Shown one piece after another: positions 1 to 12,744 of a stretch of 64,000 bases of DNA. Made by a program: the position numbers and the translations under genes. The DNA is from Basidiobolus meristosporus CBS 931.73. Taxonomy: Eukaryota; Fungi; Basidiobolomycota. Numbering within the stretch: position 1 is the first letter of the stretch; each line of letters starts with the position of its first letter. The DNA lies in NCBI GenBank assembly GCA_002104905.1, contig MCFE01000234.1:1-64000 (forward strand), given 5' to 3'. The notes beneath the pieces are model-generated. The model did not search any database. It saw only the letters and a list, made by a program, of their open reading frames with translations, and was not told where the DNA came from.

Positions 1-3000
1 GAGAGCGGCGCTCGTACCATTACTATTACTGAGACCGATGGCAAGGTTCACACTGTCATTGACCGTACTGTCACTGTTCAACCTACGGTTTCCGTCGAAA
101 GTGGTGCTCGTACCGTTACCATTACTGAGACTGATGGTCAGGTTCACACTGTCATTGACCGCACTGTCACTGTTCTGCCTACTGCTTCCGTCCAGAGCGG
201 CGCCCGTACCATTACTACTACTGAGACTGATGGCAAGGTACACACTGTCATTGACCGCACCGTCAATGTTCAGCCTACTGTTTCTGTCGAAAGTGGTGCT
301 CGCACAGTTACCATTACTGAGACTGACGGCAAGGTTCACACTGTCATTGACCGCACCGTCACTGTTCAGCCTACTGTTTCCGTCGAAAGTGGTGCTCGCA
401 CCGTTACCGTTACCGAGACTGATGGCAGGGTTCACACTGTCATTGACCGGACCGTAACTGTTCTGCCTACTGCTTCCGTCGAGAGCGGCGCCCGTACCAT
501 TACTATTACTGAGACTGATGGCAAGGTACACACTGTCATTGACCGCACCGTCAATGTTCAGCCTACTGTTTCTGTCGAAAGTGGTGCTCGCACTGTTACC
601 ATTACTGAGACTGACGGTAACGTTCACACTGTCATTGACCGCACCGTCACTGTTCAGCCTACTGTTTCCGTCGAGAGCGGTGCTCGCACCGTCACTATTA
701 CTGAGACTGACGGCAAGGTTCACACTGTCATTGACCGTACTGTCACTGTTCAACCTACGGTTTCCGTCGAAAGTGGTGCTCGCACCGTTACCGTTACCGA
801 GACTGATGGCAGGGTTCACACTGTCATTGAACGGACCGTAACTGTTCTGCCTACTGCTTCCGTCAAGAGCGGCGCCCGTACCATTACTATTACTGAGACT
901 GATGGCAAGGTACACACTGTCATTGACCGCACCGTCAATGTTCTGCCTACTGTTTCCGTTGAAAGGGGTGCTCGCACCGTCACGATTTCTGAGACTGACG
1001 GTAATGTTCACACCGTCATTGACCGCACTGTCACTGTTCAACCTACAGTTTCCATCGAGAGCGGTGCTCGCACCGTTACCATTACTGAGAGTGATGGTAA
1101 TGTTCGCACTGTCATTGACCGCACTGTCACTCTTCTGCCTACTGTTTCCGTCGAGAGCGGCGCCCGTACCATCACTATTACTGAGACTGATGGCAAGGTT
1201 CGCACTGTCAATGTTCAGCCTACTGTTTCTGTCCAGAGCGGTGCTCGTACCTTTACTATCACTGAGACTGACGGCAACGTTCACACTGTCATTGACCGCA
1301 CTGTCACTATTCAGCCTACTATTTCCGTGGAGAGCGGTGCTCGCACCTTTACCGTTACTGAGACTGATGACAAGGTTCATACTGTTGTTGACCGCACTGT
1401 CACTGCTCAGCCTACTGTTTCCGTCGAGAGCGGTGCCCGTACCGTTACCATTATTGAGACTGACGGCAAGGTTCGCACTGTTGTTGACCACACTGCCATT
1501 GTGCAACCTACAGTTTCTGTTGAGAGCGGTGCTCGCACCCTTACTATCACCGAAACTGACGGCAAGGTTCACACTGTCATTGAGCGCTCCGTCACTGTAC
1601 AGCCTACTGTTTCTGTTGAAAGTGGTGCTCGCACCGTTACCGTTACTGAGACTGATGGCAAGGTTCGCACTGTCACTGTTCAACCTACTGTTTCCGTCGA
1701 AAGCGGTGCTCATACAGTCACTATTACTGAGACTGATGGTAATGTACGCACCGTCACTATTCAGCCTACTACTTCCGTGGAGAGCGGTGCTCGCACCTTT
1801 ACCGTTACTGAGACCGATGGCAATGTTCGTACTGTCGTTGTTCAACCTACTGTGTCCGTCGAATCAGGTGCTCGTACCGTCACCATTACTAAGGCTAACG
1901 GCGAGGTTCATACTGTCGTTGACCGCACTGTCACTGTTCAGCCTACTGTTTCCCTGGAAAGCGGTCCCCGCACAGTTACTATCACCGAGACTGATGGCAA
2001 CGTACACACTATCGTTGACCACACTGTCTCTGTTCAGCCAGCTGCATCCGTCGAAACCGGTGCTCACACAGTTACCGTTACTGATACTGATGGCAATCTT
2101 CGCACTGTCACTGTTCAGCCTACTGTTTCCGTGGAAACCGGTGCTCGCACTGTTACCATTACTAAGGCTAACGGCAAGGTTCATACTGTTGTTGACCGCA
2201 CTGTCACTGTTCAGCCTACTGTTTCCCTGGAAAGCGGTCCTCGCACCGTTACTATCACCGAGACTGATGGCAACGTACACACTATCGTTGACCACACTGT
2301 CTCTGTTCAGCCAACTGTATCCATGGAAACCGGTGCTCGCACTGTTACCATTACTAAGGCTAACGGCAAGGTTCATACTGTTGTTGACCGTACTGTCACT
2401 GTTCAGCCTACTGTTTCCCTGGAAAGCGGTCCCCGCACTGTTACTATTACCGAGACTGATGGCAACGTACACACTATCGTTGACCACACTGTCTCTGTTC
2501 AGCCAGCTGTATCCGTCGAAACCGGTGCTCGCACTGTTACCATTACTAAGGCTAACGGCAAGGTTCATACTGTTGTTGACCGCACTGTCACTGTTCAGCC
2601 TACTGTTTCCCTGGAAAGCGGTCCTCGCACCGTTACTATCACCGAGACTGATGGCAACGTACGCACTATCGTTGACCACACTGTCTCGGTTCAGCCAGCT
2701 GTATCCGTTGAAACCGGTGCTCACACTGTTACCATTACTAAGGCTAACGGCGAGGTTCATACTGTCGTTGACCGCACTGTCACTGTTCAGCCTACTGTTT
2801 CCCTGGAAAGCGGTCCCCGCACTGTTACTATTACCGAGACTGATGGCAACGTACACACTATCGTTGACCACACTGTCTCGGTTCAGCCAGCTGTATCCGT
2901 CGAAACCGGTGCTCACACAGTTACCGTTACTGAGACTGATGGCAATGTTCGCACTGTCACTGTTCAGCCTACTGTTTCCGTGGAAACCGGTGCTCGCACT

Positions 3001-3600
3001 GTCACCCTTACTAAGGCTAACGGCGAGGTTCATACTGTCGTTGACCGCACTGTCACTGTTCAGCCTACTGTTTCCCTGGAAAGCGGTCCTCGCACCGTTA
3101 CTATCACCGAGACTGATGGCAACGTACACACTATCGTTGACCACACTGTCTCGGTTCAGCCAGCTGTATCCGTCGAAACCGGTGCTCACACAGTTACCGT
3201 TACTGAGACTGATGGCAATGTTCGCACTGTCACTGTTCAGCCTACTGTTTCCGTGGAAACCGGTGCTCGCACTGTTACCATTACTAAGGCTAACGGCAAG
3301 GTTCATACTGTTGTTGACCGCACCGTCACTGTACAGCCTACTGTTTCCGTCGAAAGCGGTGCTCGCACCGTTACTATCACCGAGACAGATGGCGATGTTC
3401 GCACTGTTATAGTTCAGCCTAATGTTTCCGTCGGAAGTGGTGCTCGCACCGTTACCGTTACTGAGACAGATGGTAATGCTTACACTGTCACTGTTCAACC
3501 CACGGTATCCGTCGAAAGCGGAGCTCGCACCGTTACTGTTACGGAGACAGATGGCGAGGTTCACACTGTACTTGACCGCACTATCATTGTTCAGCCTTCT
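1..3600 (+). repeat. Coding tandem repeat of 96-bp (32 aa) and 81-bp (27 aa) units, with later higher-order 192/273-bp groupings
   Basis: GAGAGCGGCGCT at 1 recurs as GAAAGTGGTGCT at 97. Short units read ESGARTVTVTETDGKVRTVTVQPTVSV. ETGA..KANG and ESGP..ETDG units alternate after ~1860. Confidence 0.95.
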
Positions 3601-4051
3601 GCTTCTGTAGGAGGTGGTTCCCATATGGTTTCCAACATTATTTCCAATTCTCCTCAGGCAAGCGGTAAGTGTATTTCGTATGATACTATGTATACATCAT
3701 TCTGACTTGCTTAATATCTTAGGTCTCCCAATTTCCTCTGTCACCACATGTGCCCCGGGCTGTGCTACAGCCACTTTGACTGTTTCTGTCACTGATGTTA
3801 CTCCGGTTACGGTTACCACTGTGCAAACTGTTACTTTGCACAATATTCAAACCGTGACGGTTACCCGGGAAGAAAACCATGCAAAGACCACTCACCGTGG
3901 GGTGTGCACTGACGGGCAGTATAGTTGTCTGCAATCTGGTACTTCACCAGTCTTCTTCGTCTGCAGCAACGGTCGTTTGATTCAAAACCATTGTGCTAGC
4001 GGCACAGTTTGTAAAACTCTTGGCCAATCGATTATTTGTGATTGGAAGTGA
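1..4051 (+). CDS. 5'-truncated giant Thr/Val-rich tandem-repeat (mucin/flocculin-like) protein with C-terminal CBM19-like Cys-rich chitin-binding module; exons <1..3664 and 3723..4051
   Basis: Frame 1 reads ESGARTITITETDGKVHTVIDRTVTVQPTVSV from base 1 and is the same frame as track ORF 1327..3705. A GTAAGT donor at 3665, a CTGAC branch and an AG at 3721-3722 splice in frame into ORF 3614..4051, which ends CTDGQYSCLQSGTSPVFFVCSNGRLIQNHCASGTVCKTLGQSIICDWK*. The CBM19 assignment is by recognition of the Cys pattern. Confidence 0.85.
3665..3722 (+). other. 58-nt spliceosomal intron
   Basis: GTAAGT...TCTGAC...TTAG; removing it joins frame 1 to frame 2 and yields the Cys-rich C-terminus. Confidence 0.85.
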
Positions 4052-4499
4052 TTCCCATAGAACTTTAGGTGGCGGTTGTTTGTACCCTACATATAGATTG
4101 TCGGCCCGGTTAGACTAAAAATTTACTATCTGCTTGCCCGTGGACCGAAAGCTTATTCTTTATTAAATAAACAGAAGCCGTATGACATTTCTTCATACTA
4201 CATAGCAAATGCTAACTTGACCTAGCCGCCCGTGCTTAGCCAATTACCCCATCAGCCATCCTGGAGGAAATGAAATCAAGTCATGTATTTCTCATCTCCC
4301 ACTGATATTTAAGTGAGGGAGATAAAAATAGGCTCAAGTCGATTATCCCCAAATACCCTATTATGATGTGGTCTGAGGCGGTTTAGTTTTTCAAGGTGAC
4401 TACTTCGCTGTTGTGGGTTGGTTTGTGAAAGAAACGCATTTCCACTTTCACCCGCATACGAACATTTTTTGTATGGTCGTGAAATAGGGTGCACTGCGT

Positions 4500-6200
4500 A
4501 AGATTCATTGGATTATCCGGTTTTATCATAGCGGCATATCTTGTTGGGCTAGCCAACCGAGAACCATGCTCACTGTATATTTGGAACCAAACCCATTATT
4601 AGTTATGAATGATTGTGGGAAATGTGTATTCTTTCGTTGAGTATCGCATTGGATTTTTAGACAGTGTAGGGAGGAATGAAGAATCTATAGTAACCCCATT
4701 TCTTTCGGAATATCACATAAATGGTAGTCTGTTGTGGTCCAAGTTCGGATCAGCTTGTATATCAATACCTGAAATGGTACTTTTGAGAATGTGACCAAGA
4801 GTGATATACTGCTGTGATCGTACCGTCTCGAACTAAGCCATAACCGAACGTATCCCAGAGCTGGCCAGCTGTGTTCACGTACTTATTATTTATATCATGT
4901 TATGACGAAGTCCATCAATATCAATATCAACATCTACCAAGTACGCGTATTACTTGGAAACGCTCTCAGGTATAACTTCTCGTCTCACAGCTCACAGGTA
5001 GAAATGGCCGATGAATAACCACATTGTTAAAATGTTTGATAGTGCTTAGTCACTTTATGAGCCCTGGTATATTTACCCAGGATACGCTACGATAATAGTC
5101 GTGTCAACTGGTTGTAGTTGGACCAATGCATGGTTACCTTATTGGTATTGATAAGACGCTCTAAGGATTTCCCAAAATCTGGCGTGGAGCACCGTGAAAG
5201 CCATGAACCAATTTGTTGGTAACCCTCAAGTTGATGGTGTTGGATTTCCCCCAATATGGGAACCGATCCCGCATTCGGCTACACGTGTTAGCTGTTCTCA
5301 GATCAGCGCATAAAAATCAGACGTGGCAAAAATGAAGGAACATCTGAAACTGATCAGCAGGGTTTAGACTATTGGCTATTTCGGATGTGATTAGCCTTTT
5401 TGGCTAGCTTGACTTCTAGATAGATTAATTTTAAGAGTTGGTCGGTGACCCAATTATCAGGCCCTGATGTATATTCAGCATAACAATACTGATTTAGGGC
5501 CCAGAGAGCTGGTTGTACTTATTTATCGCGATAAGCCATTTGTACCTGATGTCTTAGCATGTTTATGGTCGGAGTATTGGAATCCTTACCCTGAGTCGCT
5601 TATTTCCTGGGCAATTCCGAGAGCTGTAATTGGTATAAAATTTTCAAAACCTCAAATCGCCCAATTTGCGATCATCTGCCTACTCTACAAGCAGTTGTTC
5701 CATAGGAACAGTTGGAAGTGAGCAGTCATCATATTGTACATGCCCGATGGTCAATCTGGGGGATAGAAACGAGTTCACATCAATGGTTTTCCAGAGTACA
5801 GCACCTTTGCTTATCGCGGTACTTGATCCGGCCATTTCAAACTTTCAATGTTTGGAATTGGTCTTCATGTGGTGATCCAGTCAAATCCAGATGCAAGGAC
5901 CAGTTTCTTTTGTCTGCATTCCACAATTTCACTTGGCAATCTTGGTAGTGTAGCCAATTGAAAGCCAGCTTTCTTTCGACTAAATTAGCCCTGCCGAGCT
6001 CCTCATGCGATCTTACGTATTCTTCGATAATATCTAACCAAGTGTCCATTAATTTCTGCCACCCCACTTAGGTATTTGTAAAAGCTGCTTTTGCTAGTGT
6101 GCGTACCGCTGGGAGTGTTTAATATGGAGCTCGATTATTCACACATATCACGATAGTGAGCTTGGCCATGATATAGAGACCAATTTTACCGTTGGCCTCA
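4500..6200 (-). pseudogene. Possible degraded multi-exon gene of unknown function
   Basis: CpG-normal DNA with protein-like minus-strand stretches (WLDIIEEYVRSHEELGRANLVERKLAFNWLHY; EGYQQIGSWLSRCSTPDFGKSLERLINTNK) and intron-like GT..TTGAC..TAG segments. In-frame stops prevent a clean model. Confidence 0.25.
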
Positions 6201-6599
6201 ACATCCAAGGATACTCCGTCATTTCTTCCGAGGTGTGGAAACCCAGCAAAGATCGAAAATCCCCAACCACTCCAAAAGACATCTGGACACCAAGACTTTT
6301 CTTATCTTCTGCTGGCCTTTTATCATGCCTCTGTAATGTTTAAGCTAGTGCCTATTTACCGCATGTTTTTAGGCCCATTGCTTGAAGTGGCTCATAAGAG
6401 GGCAAGTGCAAAAATCATCCTGAGCCATCCGCAACTATTTTCTTGATCTAAAGTCTCGGATTTGGAATGCCAAATGTGTGAAGTGGTTGGCCGCAGCACA
6501 GGTATTTACTAATTCCTGGAATGATGAAAGTCTTAAGAGTTATTACTATATCAAACAAGAACCCGGTATTAATGTATGTTTTAAGGAGGCCATGTACTT

Positions 6600-7000
6600 A
6601 AGTGCATATTGAGACAGTGCTGCAGAAGTTGCTGTCAATGTGCCCAGAGAGCCCAAATTGGCATTGATCCAAGTCTCCCATTACAGCATCAACTTAAAAT
6701 GCTGCCCTGATGTGTATATCAGGAATCCATTCCTGTTGACAGCAAGGCTTTGATTGCTAGTTTGCAAGGGCTACTTGGCTCTCTTGGCTGCAATAGCCCT
6801 CTCAACTTTCAATATATATAAATGAGTTACTACCACCCAGCAGTGTTCCGCTGCCATTTGACCTTAGCCATACCAACCAGCTCTTCCTAGTAACATCACC
6901 ATCACTGTACTTACAATCACCCTGCTCAACTACAACTCAAGTGATTAATTCAATGCAAATATTTAGGCAGAAATGTGAAATCTGTCATGCCCATAATCTT
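6600..7000 (-). mobile_element. Highly decayed Ty3/gypsy gag-protease-like relic
   Basis: Degenerate knuckle-like and protease-like remnants on the minus strand in CpG-depleted DNA; weak. Confidence 0.25.
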
Positions 7001-7079
7001 ACAATACATCTGGGGTATAGAATTGAGTTTCTCTGAAATACCTGGAAATGTACATTATCAGTGTGATTTCTCTTGATTG

Positions 7080-7415
7080 ATTTCTTCTGGTATATTAACC
7101 AAAAGCTGCATTTTTATCATGTCCCTGTTAGTGGAGCTTACAGCTTTGTTGACTTCAGAAGCTTTAGTACATTGTCATCTTGAAGGATGCTGCACCCAGC
7201 ACATACTTCTGTTAAGACACTAACTAAGTTAGAATTGTAGCTCAATAGTTTTCCTTTGAGAAACTTGAGGCTTTATTCCCTTTCACATTAGAGTAAAAAA
7301 AACCCTAATTATTCCTAGCAAGCTTTGTCCAATGTTTTTGCACCCTGTGAACTCCACACACACAAAGCACTGAGAAGTGCCTGATGTATTTATTGCTTGG
7401 ACTTATACACTACTG
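7080..7415. mobile_element. Partial copy of LTR family C
   Basis: Matches 39170-39480 and the reverse complement of 31550-31860 (e.g. gctttagtacattgtcatct, ttgtagctcaatagttttcc). Confidence 0.6.
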
Positions 7416-7636
7416 TACCGTTAAGTTATTATATGCAATGACAAAAAGTGGGCTAATATACAGGAGGCCATGAGATGTCTGGTATGCCATCATCCAGAGG
7501 CCAGTATACCATGAGGCATTCAGGAACTAAGGGCCAAGCAGAATGCATTGGACCTGCTCCATGAGTATTCTCCTGGATTCAAATGAGCAAATGGATTTTG
7601 GTCCAGCATTAGTGTAATACAAAGATATCTCCAGAG

Positions 7637-8290
7637 TGTTGTGAAAGTTTGTAATTCCTCCTGAACATTCACCCAACATATTTACCTAGATAATTATCTC
7701 AAGTATCAAAGAATTTGGACCAAATTCCTTGTCAAGATTTATATAGACTATTTTTACTAAAACATCCGGTACCCAGAACATAATATTTCTCAAAGCTGTC
7801 CAAACAGCCCCACACTTTGCATTCATGCTCTTGAGACCTTCCTAGTGATGCTCTGTGTGTTTTCTTTGCTAAGAACATATAATAGTATCAATACTGTTGT
7901 AAGAGTCTAGGAGATATTGGAAGTGACTCAAAGAACAAGTATATTATGTGGTTTCACTTGACAGTTTATTGATTGTAGAAGTAGTGTTTGTGCTTCTTCA
8001 TGTTTTTGGCATAAAAACCACAAGGAGTAGGTCCAGGAAGGTCCCAAGAGCATATGTGCAAAGTTTGGGGCTGTTTGCACTACTTTGAAAATTCTCATCA
8101 TATGAGTACCTGGTGTATTTAGAGAAGATGTCCTAAGTAAATCCCAACAAGGAAGCTTGGTCAGTTTTCTCCAAGATTTGTAGGTAAGAATCTAAGTTAC
8201 AAAGCTAGATGAGTATTTAGGTGGAATTACAGACTTTTACAACAAATGCTACTTTTACATTCAATCAATCATCATGCAGAAACCTTGTAA
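7637..8290 (+). mobile_element. Copia LTR family A copy interrupted by another family A LTR
   Basis: Begins TGTTGTGAAAG, is interrupted at 7894 and resumes after 8244 (aatgctacttttacattcaat), matching the 25859-26208 reference. Confidence 0.75.
7895..8244 (-). mobile_element. Solo LTR, copia family A (350 bp)
   Basis: TGTTGTAA...TTACAACA termini; flanks AATAC/AATGC (5-bp TSD, one transition). Confidence 0.85.
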
Positions 8291-8499
8291 TAAGAAGGTG
8301 CTAAGCACATATGTGCAAAGTTTGGGCAGCAGGATAACTTTGAACAATTCCATGTTCTGGGTACCCAATGTTTTGGTGAAAATATTTCAAGTAAGTCCAA
8401 ACAAGGCTCAATACTCTCACAATCTTTAGAAAATGTACTAAGCAACTTATTTGGGGAATTTCAAGCAAAATTACAAACTTCTACAACACTTGCAACCCT

Positions 8500-8960
8500 T
8501 TGAAGGCAGTAACAGCTGTTTTTGTGGCCACTGTTGCAGGAATGCAAACTCTTCATACTGGTTTTTACAAAAGAGGTGTTGTGAGAAATCTCAAACTTGG
8601 AGCTCATCTGAGTAGCTGATGGTGTTGTGCTATTACTTGACTCAACTTGCTGGTAATCAGCTGTGATTTTTCTTCAGATTTCTAGTTGCAGTTTTTGGTG
8701 AATGTGGTGAGTAGCCATTGACTACACTTGGTATATTTGCTAATTGGTCTGGTCCCTTGCTGCAACATTTATCTACTTGTCTGCCAAATAGCCAGTGCCC
8801 CAAGTATTAAGAGTTGTGAGCTTAAAGAAGCTTTCAACTCAGCTAATCTTATGCAGATATTCTGCTGGCCAATTTTTGGTTTTTTTTCTGTTGGGAGAGA
8901 TAGCCAGCAAAACAAGCCTGATCAAGAAAATGCTACAACTGCCAAAATTAGATCTTACAT
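8500..8960. repeat. Unclassified dispersed repeat family D (also ~9600-9760, 24230-25140, 27530-27900, 53480-53850)
   Basis: Shared blocks such as ttctccaggaggagactaggcca and aaaattaagaaaaggc(c/t)agca recur in either orientation. No recognisable protein domain. Confidence 0.55.
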
Positions 8961-9244
8961 ATCCATACTCAGTATGAGCACAAACTAGAATTTTTAGATG
9001 TGACTTATTATCTCTAGTTCTTCTTGGCATTTCACATACCAAAAGGAGCTATTAATCCAAAATCAAGGATTTATAACTGATAAGGTACTCATTGGAGACT
9101 ACAGAGTACTTGATGCAATTGAGCCATGCAACAGTCAAGTAAGCCACAGTAGTAATGAAGGAAGTGGTTACCTTATGAACAATATCAAAGTTGGAGTCCA
9201 TTAGATTTGTAGCTGGTACTCTGCTGGTATTAAGCTGGTGGCTC

Positions 9245-9592
9245 TGTTGTAAGAGTCTTGGAGATATTGGAAGCAATTGGGAGCACAAGTAGATTATGTG
9301 GTTTTCACTTAACAATTCATTGAGTGCAATTGTAGTATTTATACTTTTAGATGGTCTTGGCATAGCAAACACATAGAATAGGCTTAGGAAGGGCCCAAAA
9401 ACATGTGTGCAAGGCTTGGGCAGCTTGGACAGCTTTGAGTATTATCATGTTCTGCATACCTAATGCTTTTGGTGAAGATATTCCAAGATATTCTAACAAG
9501 GAATTTGGTCAGTACCCTCTAAGATTTGTAGGTTAAGATCTAAGTGAGTAAGTTAGGTGAATATATAGGTGTAATTACAAATTTCTACCACA
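9245..9592 (-). mobile_element. Solo LTR, copia family A
   Basis: TGTTGTAAGAGTC...CTACCACA; flanks GGCTC/GGTTC. Confidence 0.8.
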
Positions 9593-9766
9593 GGTTCTTC
9601 ATCAAATTTTCAGTTGCATTTTTTGACCGCAAGAATATGCAGCTGGTTACCAACTTTGGTGTGAATACTAGTTGGCCTGATCTCTTCATGAAAAGGATGT
9701 CTTCTTGTATGCTTAGAAGCTAGTATCTGAGATATTGAGAGTTGTCACTTCTGGAACTGCAAGAAT

Positions 9767-10115
9767 TGTTGTAAAAAATCATAATTGCACCTGAATATTC
9801 ACCTAGCTAAGTCACTTGGGCCACTACCTAAAGTCTTAAAGAATACCAGCCAACTTCCTTGTTGCAATTTGCTTTGAATATCTTCACCAGAACATCTGGT
9901 TCTTAGAACATGAAAATTAGATAAGTTGTCCAAACAGCCCCAAATTTTGCACAAATGTTCTTGGGACCTTCTTTGGCATATTCTATGCAATTGCTATGCC
10001 ATGACCATCTAAAGGTATAAATACTACTTTTACAATCAATAAATCAACAAGTGAATACCACATAATCTACTTGGTGCTCCCAGTTGCTACCAATATCTCC
10101 AAGACACTTACAATG
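9767..10115 (+). mobile_element. Solo LTR, copia family A
   Basis: TGTTGTAAAA start with a decayed end; flanks AGAAT/GGAAT. Further partial family A copies lie at ~8300-8490, 10190-10500 and 10790-10950. Confidence 0.75.
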
Positions 10116-12744
10116 GGAATTAAGCTGATATGGTGATGGTATTTTGTGTTGCAATATTCTGAGGAGTATTGGAAGGGATGTAGAGAACTAGAGGATTCAC
10201 ATGTTATTCACTTGCAGATTTATTGATCAAAAGTATGGTATTTATACTTTTGACAAAGTAGAGCAAACAAACATGTAAAGTTTGTTAAGAAAGGTCACAA
10301 AAATATGTGTGCAAAGTTTGGGGTCTTTTGGACGACTTTGAGAAAAATAATAATCTGGGTACCTGACAATTTGGTGAAAATATTATGAGTAAATCCCGAC
10401 AAGAAATTTGGTCAGGACAGAATGCTAATCAAAGAATAAGATCTATGTGACTAATTTAGCATGAATATTTTGGTGACAACTTAATAATTACAACATTTTG
10501 CTGGCCTTTTCTTAATTTTTTCACCAAGGGGCACACTACCCACAAAGAAATACACTATGTACCAGCAATAGCCATGAACCCAATATCTTCAAGTAAGGCC
10601 ACAGCAGAAGAACTCAGCTTCTGTTTTGACTACTCTAGATGCCAGATCACTGATCAAAACAGTACCCATGTTTCCTTGGATATCACAGATCAGAATCTAT
10701 TTAAGCTGACTTTTACTTCATTGTCTCTGAGAGCTAATATAGGGCAGGAGATTGGGGTATATGAATTGGATTATTTGACATTTTGACAGTTTAACAATCT
10801 CTCATGTCTTGGGTCCCGGATATTTTTATGAAATATTCACAGTAGATCCCCACAAGGAATTTGGCCAGAATTCTTCAAGATTTCTTGAATGAAATCTAAG
10901 CGATTAAATTAAGCAAGTATTTAGGTGTATTACAAAAATTTCAGCACAAAGTTGTAGTCTTTTAGAAACAAGATGCATTTTCGGACAAATGTTTTATTTG
11001 AATAACCCTTGCATCAGTATGGCAACTGTCAGCCTATTGACTCCAGAGATGGTTGTTCTTCAAAAATCGACAGAAAAACATCAGCACAATACTACATGGG
11101 ATCCAACTTTTTTATTTTTCATTAGGTTTGTGAGCCATCTTCAATAATGGGTACAAAAGCATTTGTAATTAGAATATATGAAAAATACCAAATGAATGGC
11201 TTTAAGCGGAGCAAATTTCTAGCAAAAGCTTTTGACGCGTTAGACTTAAGTCTGGGTTTGAATTAAGCCTGGAACCTCATTAACTCCTCAATGGTTCTGA
11301 AGGCACTAAGAGACAAGTACCCCTATTCAACTGTCGATATGCTGGATGGCTTTGTACCATAGCCTGTTGGTATGCTAGAACCTATTGTATCATTACAGTA
11401 ATCAGTAGCACCGACTGGATCAGTTAACACAAAATATACAATGCTGTCTTAATGGGCACAATCTAATTAGAAATTACCACCAGAACTATTAACCCAATCC
11501 TAACGTACAGCCATATGCAGCATTTGTTGAAACATTTGTATCCTTACATTTAATCAATTCTACGAAATATGCAGATACTATATTTGAGCTCAATAAACCA
11601 ACAAATATTATTCAGATCCACTGGTCTTCCAAGTCACATCTGGCACTTTCAACAATCTTGAAACAAATACTATTTGTGCCACGAATGGTGGATCTCAACA
11701 ATGCCATCAGTGGCCCATAGTAAAAAGGTAGGAATACCAGCAAGAAATAGACAAACGTCCGGGTTTGCAATTCCTTTGAGGGCGTACGTCCAAAACCCAT
11801 AAACCAGAAATAAATAGAATATCCGACTTGGACCCTTCATGTGATGCCAACGTATCAGATACTGGTGTACCTACCGCCATTGCTGGATTCCAGCATCCGG
11901 ATCGAGTTGGCCCCATGGCCAAACTGGTACTGTCAAGTAGAATTGACAAACCTTGGAAGTGGTAGACGTTCATCATTTCGAAGGGAGTTTCACTCAGCCA
12001 TCACGGGGTAGAAGTAGCATGCATACGTTTACGACCAAATCCTGCAAACCCAACCATAGCGCTCCAATACGGATCACCGAATGTTGTGCTCCAAGTCGAG
12101 GAATTGAGCGTCAGTATATAGTAACACGCATATGTTGAGGGTGATGTTGAGCCGCATTGTTTACTATGTTTACATCGGATTGTCTTGTGTTTCGAGGGTG
12201 CGCACTCCCATTATTTGATGGTCATGATAGTTGGAGCAGAATGAGACCATGACCATGATGACCATGACTTGATCTCGAGAACAACAAATACTATACGTCA
12301 TCTTCCACCATTTACCAACCAAATCACTTGAGTTCCGTAGCATATAGTCTCTGGTACATCCAACCCCTGTAACCGCATGCAATTCCTCATATAATCAACA
12401 CAGATTCTTCCACAGATCCATCAGCAGATTACAAGTATGCGAACGGGAGCGGCTAGCGATACCAGCAGGTAATTAACTCTCTAAATTCCACATTCATTTC
12501 AAACCATCACGCACATGGCCATCCAGGAGATATCATTATATCAAGTGTAACAAGCAATCGGCGGATCTCACGCTGAACTCATGCTCAATTGTTGGGTACT
12601 GATGAAGATGTAAAGAACGAGAGATCAAATCAATGTTAAGAAAGGACCGACGCTCCTCCGGTCACGAGGGGTTTCGAGCATTGATACCACTGTGAGCAAA
12701 CAACGTTGTCAATAATGCCATCATCAGAATCCTCAGGGTACGTC

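Noticed and set aside
38-3412. Long Leu-rich ORFs (139, 107, 836 aa) in frame 2
   Set aside because: These are shifted-frame shadows of the Thr/Val repeat: ACT/GTT codons read as CTG/TTN. They are broken by stops, whereas frame 1 is open throughout.
1864-3624. 586-aa antisense Asn/Ser-rich ORF
   Set aside because: Antisense shadow of the low-complexity repeat; no independent signals.
11700-12100. WLSETP motif suggesting an endonuclease/exonuclease/phosphatase gene
   Set aside because: Only a six-residue match, with an adjacent stop and no other family motifs.
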